A stretch of DNA of 64,000 nucleotides, taken from IMG/VR virus record IMGVR_UViG_3300037502_000580, positions 23,452 to 87,451 of that record, one strand, 5' to 3'. The stretch comes from a virus. Shown here piece after piece: positions 45,023 through 54,900 of this stretch. The stretch's first letter is position 1. Each line of letters starts with the position of its first letter. The notes beneath the pieces are model-generated. The model worked only from the letters and a program-made list of their open reading frames with translations. It did not search any database and had not been told where the DNA came from. Both the position numbers and the translations under genes were made by a program.

Positions 45023-45921
45023 TGGAACTTCAAATAAATACTTTGTGGATTGAAAGGCTCCTAAAAAAGCCGTTTCATAAGTATTGTTTGTTGGGCGACA
45101 AGCGCTATTTTGACCCGTACTATTTTCCTGTTGCTAAAGAACTTGAGGACAACTTTGCAGTTGTACAGGCAGAGTTAAAAGATATTCTCAAACGTTACGA
45201 TGACTTTGCCCCTTTTCAAAGCATTTCGCCAGACCAGACCTACATCTCTAACGATGACAAGTGGCGCATGTTTTTCTTTAAGGCAGCGGGGGTAAATTTT
45301 GGGCGTAACCAGCAGTTTGCGCCAGAGACTTTTAAGATTCTAAACAAGCACAAAGACGTTATATCGGCTTACATATCGGTGCTTGGACCACGAAAGATGC
45401 TGATGCCGCATGAAGGGCCGTGGTCTGGAATCTTGCGTATGCACTTAGGTGTTGCAATACCAGGAGATAAGCAGTGCACTCTTGTTAATGGTGGCGAAAA
45501 ATATCATTGGCAAGAAGGTAAAACAGTGCTATTTGATGATACTTACGAGCACATTGCTGTAAATGAAACAGACGAGATTCGTGCCATATTGTTTTTAGAT
45601 CTTATGCGCCCTTTGCCTCAACCATGGAAGTTTATAAACTGGGCGGTTTTAAGAACATCAGTCTTATTCCCTTATATCTGGGTGCCGTACTTTAGGCATA
45701 AGCGCTGGGAAAAGAAGTTTTACGGAGAAGACAAATGCAATGCACCATGGTACCCCGTGACTTTATTGACCAAGTTTGGGAGCAAGTTAGAGAGTACTTG
45801 GCGGGGGCTGCGGGATACACTCATGGGCGCTATGATGTGGATGACATCTACGATGCGATCATGGACTATGACCACACGCTTTGGGTTGCGTTTACAGAGC
45901 AAGGCATCAAAGGAGCAGTAG
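45022..45921 (+). CDS. Aspartyl/asparaginyl beta-hydroxylase family 2OG-Fe(II) dioxygenase (AspH/LpxO-like)
   Basis: PHEGPWSGILRMHLG, WQEGKTVLFDDTYEH, RAILFLDLMRP. Confidence 0.85.
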   Translation: MELQINTLWIERLLKKPFHKYCLLGDKRYFDPYYFPVAKELEDNFAVVQAELKDILKRYDDFAPFQSISPDQTYISNDDKWRMFFFKAAGVNFGRNQQFAPETFKILNKHKDVISAYISVLGPRKMLMPHEGPWSGILRMHLGVAIPGDKQCTLVNGGEKYHWQEGKTVLFDDTYEHIAVNETDEIRAILFLDLMRPLPQPWKFINWAVLRTSVLFPYIWVPYFRHKRWEKKFYGEDKCNAPWYPVTLLTKFGSKLESTWRGLRDTLMGAMMWMTSTMRSWTMTTRFGLRLQSKASKEQ

Positions 45922-46166
45922 TTACAAACTTTACGCATTACCCAAAGAAAAAGTACTTAGTAATGGTTTTTTGTGGTGGGGTAGATTTAGATGAATGGAA
46001 AGACCCAATGCTAAAACTGTTACAGCATTACGCGCATGACACACAGTGCGACGGTATCGAAGCAACTGCGCGCCTAGGATGGACCAAGATTTTTAGGAAC
46101 GATGGACATGTTCCTTTATGGCAAACATTTCAGTTACCTGCTGCTGATGCAGGGTTAGGAGCATAA
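45735..46166 (+). CDS. GNAT-like protein (P22 gp14-like position)
   Basis: LWV...GAVVT...YP..K.L...GG..L..W...GC..IE..AR.GW; precedes the pilot gene. Confidence 0.6.
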   Translation: MQCTMVPRDFIDQVWEQVREYLAGAAGYTHGRYDVDDIYDAIMDYDHTLWVAFTEQGIKGAVVTNFTHYPKKKYLVMVFCGGVDLDEWKDPMLKLLQHYAHDTQCDGIEATARLGWTKIFRNDGHVPLWQTFQLPAADAGLGA

Positions 46167-46167
46167 G

Positions 46168-47382
46168 ATGGGTAAGGGTGGCGGTGGCGGCGGTGGCCCA
46201 CAACAAGTAACGCAGGTTACATCTAACCTACCGGAATACGCGCGTCCATATTTTGAGAACCTGCTTGAGCGTGGGCAGGCTGAGTCATATCGCCAGTACA
46301 CACCGTATGAAGGTGAGCGGATACAGGGTTTTACTGATGCTCAGTTAAAAACTCAGGGCGAAGTAATGGACATGCAGACACCGGGGCAATTTGGTGTCGG
46401 AACTGGACTAGCGGGTGCAGGTGGACTTGGTTCTTTGTCTATGGGCCAACAGGCCGCACAGACGGGTCAAGGCGCACTTGGTTATGGAGCACAAGCCGCA
46501 GGCTACGGCGCTTCCGGTCTTGGTATGGGACAACAAGCTGCTGGCTACGGTGGCATGGGTGCAGCTTTAGGTCTTGGTGCTGCCGACGCTGGGTCTCAAT
46601 ACTTTGGTGCAGCTACTAGCCCAGAAGCACTGCAAAGATTAGCGTCCCCGTATATACAAGGTGTTGTTGATGTACAGCAGCGCAAGGCTATTGATGCAGC
46701 GCGTCAGGCGCAGCTGGGGGCAAACTTAGCATCTGCTGGTAGAACCGGTACTTATGGTGGTGCCCGTCAAGCAGTTCTGCAAGGTGCACGCGAAGCTGGT
46801 CTTCGTCAAGAACTGGGTGACATACAGGCCAAGGGGCTACAGTCTGCATATGATCAGGCAATGAAGAGTCTCCAGTTTGGCTCTGACCTTGGGCTGCGTG
46901 GGTACCAAGTTGGTCTAGAAGGCGCACGGACTGGTATTGCTGGGTCTCAGGCCGGTATGGAAGGTGCACGCACAGGTATTGAGGGTGCTCGTACGGGTAT
47001 CCAAGGTATTCAGACTGGACTAGAAGGGTTCCGCACAGGACTACAAGGCGCACAGCAGGCTACACAAGCCGGTGCTACTTTGGCAGATATCGGCACCTCA
47101 GAACAAGCGGCTGACCTTCGACGCTTACAGGCGCAGTCGGCAGTTGGGCAGGAGCAACGTGCCCTTGAGCAGCAGATACTTGACCAGCGCTATGCTGACT
47201 TCTTGCGTCAACGTGACTACCCGATGGAACAGCTTGGGTACTATAGTGCTTTACTACGTGGCCTGCCGATGCAGATGGGGTCTACACAAACTTCATACGC
47301 TCAGCCACCTTCGATTGCGTCACAGATTGGCGGTCTAGGTCTCTCTGCAATAGGACTTAGCCGACTCTTTGGAGAGAAATAA
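46168..47382 (+). CDS. DNA pilot/ejection protein
   Basis: MGKGGGG N-terminus, Q/G/A-rich, GLG C-terminal hydrophobic segment. Confidence 0.7.
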   Translation: MGKGGGGGGGPQQVTQVTSNLPEYARPYFENLLERGQAESYRQYTPYEGERIQGFTDAQLKTQGEVMDMQTPGQFGVGTGLAGAGGLGSLSMGQQAAQTGQGALGYGAQAAGYGASGLGMGQQAAGYGGMGAALGLGAADAGSQYFGAATSPEALQRLASPYIQGVVDVQQRKAIDAARQAQLGANLASAGRTGTYGGARQAVLQGAREAGLRQELGDIQAKGLQSAYDQAMKSLQFGSDLGLRGYQVGLEGARTGIAGSQAGMEGARTGIEGARTGIQGIQTGLEGFRTGLQGAQQATQAGATLADIGTSEQAADLRRLQAQSAVGQEQRALEQQILDQRYADFLRQRDYPMEQLGYYSALLRGLPMQMGSTQTSYAQPPSIASQIGGLGLSAIGLSRLFGEK

Positions 47383-48911
47383 TGAGTCTTGAATCTCTAG
47401 ACCGCGCCGTAAAAGGAACTATTGACCTTTCGGTAGGCGACATTATCGCTAAGTACGGCACTACACCAGCTATAGCGATGGCGGTGCAACGAGGTGAAAT
47501 TAAGAACGTTACCAACGCGGTTATGGCTGGTATGGCTATTGATCGTATTGCCGCAAATGCGCTTAAGCCTCCTACAACTACCGTAGCTCAAGACACTCTG
47601 CCTATGGGGCAGGCACCTCAAACTGGTGTAGCCGCAGCGCAACAAATGCAGGGTCAACCTGCAGGTGCTGGGTTAGATCAGATCCCCATTTCCGAAGGCA
47701 TGTTTACCGCAGCTAATGGCGGCATCGTTGCGTTTGAGGACGGTGGAAGCACCATGTTTACAGGAAGTCCGTTAGGCTCAGATGTTCGCGGCTTAGCCCA
47801 GGTCTCTCCGCGTATTCCAAGCTTTTTTAGCCCCAGCGCAATTTTCTTTAACTACATGACTGATGAAGAAAAAGAAAAGTATCAGACTACAGGGGTTGTT
47901 CCTGAGGCAGCAAAAAAACGGTATCAGAACTCAGCCAATACGCAAGGCGCACAAGCACAGCTTAATGAAAACATAATCGCTCAAGCCCAGCGTGGTGAGG
48001 GACCGAATGTGTCTAGACCTGCTGCACCGGCAGATGCAGCTGTTGTACCTTCTGGTGGCCCTGTAATACCTAGGCCGACTGGGGTAGAAGCTGTGGCTGC
48101 GCCTACTTCTGTAGTTAAAAAACCTGAAGCCGCAGCTAAGCCGCTAAGCATATTTGACGAAGCTAGTAACGCTGCTAATAAACTACAGGCTTATAAGACC
48201 CAGTTTGGCGTTGGTGGTGCTGATCCTGATGCGGCTATGCGTGACAAGCTCAAGCAGTTGCAAGAAGGTACTAAAGAAGAGCGTCGAGAGGCTGCGTACA
48301 TGGCTATGATCATGGCTGGTCTTGGCATTGCTGGTGGTACTTCTCCGTATGCTGCGGTCAATCTTAAAGAAGCCATACCTGCACTTAAAGAATACGGTGT
48401 TGCTAAACGCGACATCAAGAAGGCAGATATGGAATACACCAAGATGGAGACCGAGATTAATCGTGCTGCCGAGGCTAGAAAACGTGGTGACATGGAGCTT
48501 GCGCTTAAACTAGAAGAGAGCGCAGCAGATAGGGATCTAAAACTCCGTCAAGTTATTGCTGCAGAGAGAGCGGCTAGTAAGCCTAGCCAGCTTCGTGAGC
48601 TTATTGACTTAGCTGCCGGTGGTGATCAATCCAAAGTACAGTCATTGGCAGAAGGCGCGTTAAAAGATAAATCTGGTTCTAAGCCTATGAGTCAGTATGA
48701 GCGTGCTAGGTTGCAACAAGTAGGCATGAAAAATGCTAGTGATGAGATACGCAATAATAGACAGATTTCTAGACTAGCTAACAGCAAAGATCCAAAAGAC
48801 AAAGCAGAAGCCGAAAGATTACGTAACGAAATAATTGCTAAACACATGCAGTCAGCTTCTGGCGGCTCTAATCTAGGTGGTGCTGTCTTTGTTGGTTATG
48901 GAGACGAATAA
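47382..48911 (+). CDS. Internal virion/ejection protein
   Basis: Helical; NGGIVAFEDGG motif; position. Confidence 0.65.
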   Translation: MSLESLDRAVKGTIDLSVGDIIAKYGTTPAIAMAVQRGEIKNVTNAVMAGMAIDRIAANALKPPTTTVAQDTLPMGQAPQTGVAAAQQMQGQPAGAGLDQIPISEGMFTAANGGIVAFEDGGSTMFTGSPLGSDVRGLAQVSPRIPSFFSPSAIFFNYMTDEEKEKYQTTGVVPEAAKKRYQNSANTQGAQAQLNENIIAQAQRGEGPNVSRPAAPADAAVVPSGGPVIPRPTGVEAVAAPTSVVKKPEAAAKPLSIFDEASNAANKLQAYKTQFGVGGADPDAAMRDKLKQLQEGTKEERREAAYMAMIMAGLGIAGGTSPYAAVNLKEAIPALKEYGVAKRDIKKADMEYTKMETEINRAAEARKRGDMELALKLEESAADRDLKLRQVIAAERAASKPSQLRELIDLAAGGDQSKVQSLAEGALKDKSGSKPMSQYERARLQQVGMKNASDEIRNNRQISRLANSKDPKDKAEAERLRNEIIAKHMQSASGGSNLGGAVFVGYGDE

Positions 48912-51900
48912 TGCCTATAGCCCGGTTTCGGCTTCCAAATGGCAAGATTGCGCGATTTCAAGTACCCGAAGGGCTAAGCCAAGAAGAGTTAGAAGACTTA
49001 GTAGCCCCTCAGCTATTTGCGCTTTCTAGAGAAGAACCAAAGCCTGAGCCTCGTAAAGCCGAGGATGTTGGGTTTATTGAAGGCACTATGGCTGCATTGG
49101 GCCGAGGCATTTCGTCTTTTGGCGATATTGCGTCCGGTTACGGCGTAGGTGCTACGTCAGCAGTCGGTGCGACTGATGCGACCCGCAGGCAGATGGAGGC
49201 TATTAAGGCTGAGTCTCAGGTGCCTGATGAAACGCCGGGTATGACGGCTGCTGGCATAGGCAAGCTGTATAAAGAAGAAGGACTGTTGTCTGCGGCATCT
49301 GAGGTGCCTAAGTACGTCTCTGAGCAAATAATGCAAGCTGCGCCGCAGATGGCGGTCCCCCTTGCGGCTGCAAAAGTTGCGGGTGCGCTATCCGGTCCTG
49401 CTGCCCCTATCGTTGCTCCTGCAGTTGGTATTGGTACGTATGCACTGCAGCAGTTCGGTAACTTTCTGTACCGACAGGCCCAAGAGAAAAAAGATCCCGA
49501 AGAAATTGAGGTTACCAAGGCTGCACTTACTGCGGCTGGTACAGCACCGCTTGGTTACTTTGCCGACCGGTTTACCCTTGGTCTGTCGAGTATAGGTGGT
49601 CAGAAGGCTGGCGTTGAGGTTATGAAGGAGCTTGCTGCTCGTAGGGCGGCAGGTGCTATTGGCACGGGAGCGGTAGCTAAGGGTGTGGCTGCTCAAGCAG
49701 CTAAGGGTGCTACGGTCGGTATTATTGCTGAGGCACCGACAGAGGTTCTTGAGTCTGTAGCTGAGCGCTGGCAGGCTGGGTTAAAGCTAGATACCGATGA
49801 CGCTAAAGATGAGTACACTGAAGCGTTCTTCGGCGCTGCCGCTGTTGGTGGTGGACTCGGTGCCGGTTCTAGTGCAGCTAGATCTACTGGGCAGTACTTA
49901 GCCGAGAAGCGTGCACTAACGCCTGAGAAGCCAGCTACCGAAGGAAAGACCGCGTTTGACCAAGCCGACGAAGATGAGGCTGGTGAAGTAGTAACGCCGC
50001 CTGAAGATAAAGATGCCGACTTACCTGATCCGTTTGCCGACATAAACCTACCAGATATTTCTAAAGAAGAATTTGCTGCTGCTCTTAAGGCTGAAGAAGC
50101 TAGGTTAGGCCGTAAGCTTACCTACCCAGAGCAAGGGATTCTTCTAAAGCAGGTGCAAAGGGCTAAGTTCCTTGCAGATACGCCAGATGATCCGATGTTT
50201 GCACCGGCTCCTGGGCAAGAGCTTGATGAAGAAGGTATGCCCAAACTTGGGCCTGGGCGGTTCACACGCCTTACTGAGTTTGAAAAAACGCTAACGCAGA
50301 AAGACCTTATTGATGCTGGCATACCGCCAGTAAAGGCTAACTATTACGCTAGACAAGCTCAGTCAAATCCCAACAGAGTCAACGCCGAGGCTAAAGAAGC
50401 ATTCCGTATTGCCGCTGCCCAGAAGTCCGGGGGGCAACAAATACTACTGGCACCGTCAGAAGAACAAAGAACTGAAGCAGAAAAGGCAACCGAAGAATCT
50501 GTTAGCCAGTATGAAGAACCACTTAACCCAAAAGTTACGCCGCTAGTTTCAGCGCTTAATAAGCAAAATATTCCTACTACGTTATCTGGAGATTTATACG
50601 GAAAAGATCTCGTATATGTGGATATTGACGCTCCGTGGGACACTAAAATTCCTGGCTTGCCAAAAGGATGGTTTACCGGACCAAACTCTTATTTTCATAC
50701 AGAAGCTGTAGCTGGTCTCCCAACAGTTGGTGAGATGTGGAAAGACCCCCAACTAAGCGTTGAAGAGCTTAAAAGACAAAATCTTCGACCGATGCTACGG
50801 CTTGCGCGTCCCGGTGGCGCGGTTTCTGCAGCTGAGGCCCAACAAGTTACATCTGCTGTTGAAGCTGCACTAAAGAAACAAGGGTTGCAACCAACAGAAA
50901 AACCAGAAGAAGCACCGGCTACACGTGGGCTGTCACGTGCCGCTAAAAGGGTCAATGAAGATGACCTGACAAACGCGGGCTTCCAGCCATCTGAGATTGC
51001 AGAGATTACCTCTCGGCCAGATTTACCAAAGAACCAAGATATTCTTGAGAAGGTGGCGATGGGCTTTGCCTACACCACCTACGATCAGTCTTTGGCTGAA
51101 GAAGGTCCAGCTACAGGCCGTGAGTTTAAGCAGGTAAGCCCACAAGATATCGAAGCTGCGCCCCCTGCAGAGCGTGCTAGGTTAAGAAGGGTATATAACG
51201 CAAATATCCTGCAACGGCCTACCCGTGCAGAGAAGCCTGATGAGGCTCAAGGTTCTTTGTTTGCTCCTGGTAAACAGATGGGGTTGGATCTTGGTGAGGC
51301 TACAGAAGAAACTACTAGAGATTTACCTAAGTCCCTTATCGAAGAAGCACCGTTTGAGTTGGAGGCTGCACCGGGTGTGGCCCCCGGTAGGACTGATATT
51401 GCTGCAGAAGAAGCTGCGCCGACTGAAGGTGCGCCCTTAAGGGCTGTCGAGAAAACGACAAACAAGCTCTTTGATTTCTTGCGTGGGCTTAAGCCTATTG
51501 CTCAGGCCGAGCAGGGTGTAAAGAACCATCAGAGCGCCATCAATAATTTCATAGACGAAATAAACGAATACGTCGCGCCAAAAGAAGGGGCTACGCCAGA
51601 GCAACGGTCTGAGAACCTTGCGGCTATAAACGACTTCTTTGACCAGTATTCCTTAACTGAAGATGCTGCAGAGGCGGCTGATGTCTTAACAAAAGCTAAA
51701 GATCTACCTCTATCTCAGCAGATACAGTTTCTAAACGAGCGCACCAGACTGCCTAGCCTCTCTAAATTAGAAGGGGTGAACCTGCTACGGCAAGAGTTCC
51801 AAGACTTTATGAACGAGCGTGCCAAGACCAAACTTGGCTACACTCCAGCGGAGTCTGCGCTAAACGTTCTTAAGTTGTGGCAAGACGTGGTCATGCCTGA

Positions 51901-54900
51901 GGGTAGGGTAAAGACCGCTATAAAAGCATTGCGTAATAAGCTGGCCTCAACACGCACGGCAGCAGAACAGGCTGCGGCTAACTACCTTGGCACGTTTGAC
52001 TACGGCACGGCTGTGCGCTCTGCCGCCTACGACATTGCTAACGATGTACGTACAGGTGAGAACTTTAAGGGTCAAGGCAAGAAAGAGGCAGAACTCTTTC
52101 AGCAGTACATGGAAGAAAACTTCCCGGCAGAGGTCTACCAAGAGTTTCAAAGTCTAGTAGAGGCGTACAAGGCTAACTTTAGAAAAGCTGCAAACGCCAT
52201 GTATGCGCTAAGTAAAAAACAGAAATCCATAGCTAAGCTAAAAGAAGCCGGTGTTAGTGCTGAGTCGGCTGGCAAACTACTTGACCGGTATGGGTTGCAC
52301 TCTGGTACCCCTGGTGTGTTCAGACCTATGCACCCGGCTGTTGCCGAGCGGGTAAAGAACAATGACCTAAACGGTGCACTCAGACTTATGGCTAGGCTTG
52401 GCGGTAAGACTAGCTACTACGGTCGTGTAGCCGAGCGCCTTCTAGCTCTTAACCTTCCGACCTCCATCTACTTCGATATGCAGGGGCCGATGGTGCAGTT
52501 GCGGCTTGACGATGTACAGCCGTCGCTAGATCTTTTCTTAGATAACCTTAAGGTACAAAACCCCGAGCTGCATAAAGATCTGTTTGAGAACGCAACACCA
52601 CGACAGACTCTAGAGGGTCTCAGGATCATAAAAGAGAACAAGCTCTTACCTGAGGACTACTTAAATGGCCCTGCGTTTAAGTACATCTATGACTCGTACA
52701 ACAAGCTAATTCGTAGCTTGGATGCTGGCGGCTTTTATCTTTTGCAAGAAGACGCTATTAACATCAACCAAGATGTTGGCGGTGCCACCTACTACACGCT
52801 ACTGCACGAAGCAGTCCACGCGGCGACGGCCTACGCTATAAACACGCCAGATGCACTTAGCCCCTCGCAGAAAGAGGCACTAAACAACCTTAAGAAGCTC
52901 TACGAAGACGCTAAGCAAAGCTCAAAACTCAAGCCTTATGGCTTCACTAATCTGCATGAGTTTGTGGCAGAGGCGTTTACTAATAGCGAGTTTCAGCAGT
53001 TGCTGCGGTCTAAGCCATACGATGAGCCGGGTGGGCCGTCGATGTGGTCTAAGTTTATTCGGTATGTCGTAGAACTTTTTGCTGGCAAGAGAGACAACAT
53101 GCTCTTTGCTACGCTCTACAACGCCGACGTGCTTATGTCTTCTAGCAGGCCAGCTGGTCCAAAGGCTGGGTTCTCTGCGCCTCTTGCAGCAAACGCAGCA
53201 CCGACAAAAAGCCCCCTAGATGGGTCATGGAGAACTGCACCTGATGTTGTGCGTTCTAGAGCATGGCTAAACTCTTTGCTGTCTAGGCCGTCTTGGCAAG
53301 AGGTCAAAAAGAATGTCGGGCCGTTCTTAGAGACGTTGTCTGATGCAACGCGGCAACACTATCTTGGTGCCTTTACATTACGGCAGCTAAAAGATTTGGT
53401 TGGCAACCGCCTCGGTGGTTATGCAGACGCATTCATTAACACGCTAGAGAACATGCTGGATAGCCGTAACACTATCCTGCAACAAGTATCTGACATAACT
53501 AAGACTTGGGAACTTTATCAGTCAGCTAACCCCGAAGAGACACGCAAGATGAATCTTGTAATGATCTCGGCAACGCTTGCTGGTTATGACCCTGACTCGC
53601 CTACCAGAACTCCACAAAATAAAGCCGAACAAGAAGTGCAAGATGCTTGGGATGTTCTGCCTGACGAGGCCAAGAATATATATCGCAAAGTTCGTGACTT
53701 CTATAAAGAGCGCATTGAGGCGTACCAGAATGTAATTCTGGAAAACGTCGAGCGTGCCATGATTGCGAATAACAAAACGCAGGCTGAGATTGACGCACGT
53801 AAGCAAGAGCTTAGAGAGAAGTTTGCGAAGGATCGTATACAGCCCTACTTCCCCCTAAAGCGCTTTGGCAAATACTGGCTGCAGGTCAATAGAACGTCGC
53901 CGACAACAGGTAAAGCTGAGAAAAAACAGTTCTACATGTTTGAGTCTGCCGCGCAACGTAACGCGTTTAGGCAACAGGTGGCTAATGAGTTACTTGCTGA
54001 AGGTAAGACCGTTGAAGAGATTATGGGCGGCACAGACGCTAACAACCGTCCCATACAAGGCATTCTGTCTGAAGGTAACGATCTCAACAAGATGCTGAAC
54101 GTAGAGAATCTGCAAGACTTGCAGGCTCTTAAAACTATTAAAGATCTTGTTGAAGCCTCTACCGGTGGCACGCCTCAAGAATTAAAAGACTCGATACAAG
54201 ATAGCATTGACCAGCTGTATCTGCTGACACTTCCAGACCAGTCGGCTCGGAAACTGTTTATTAATCGTAAGCAGGTAGAGGGTGCTAGTGCAGATATGCT
54301 TCGTGCCTTTACGCACTCTGCATTCCACATGGCTTACCAGCATTCTCGGTTTGAGCACGCACAGAGTCTATACACTCTTTTATACGGTGCCGAGAACGCA
54401 TACGTAAGTAGGGATAGCGGGTTCCCTGCAGACCAACGTAAGGTTGCCGGAGACTATGTTGGCGAGTTGCGTAAGCGCCTTACCTACGCAATGAACCCTA
54501 CCGACACCGGTGTTATACCTTCGTTTTTGTCTAACTTATCGTTTATCTGGTTCTTGACTGCGCCAGCATCTGCGCTAGTTAACATGCTTGGTGTGCCAGC
54601 ATTTGGCCTGCCTGTGGTCGGTGCTAGATTTGGATGGGGTAAGTCATCTGCAGCGATGGCGCAATATTCTAAAAGGTTCTTTAGCACTGGGTTTAAATTT
54701 AAGCGCGGTGAAGGCTTAACGTTCCCTTCGTTAGACAGAGCTAACCTAAGTCAAATAGAGAAGCAGGCGTTTGATCGGTTTGTTAAAGACGGTCTTATTG
54801 ACGTTACGCTGTCGCATGACCTTGTCGGTATGGCAGAAGCGCCGACTAACTTGTACACCGGCAAAATGCACAAAGTAATGCGTGCACTTAGCTACATGTT

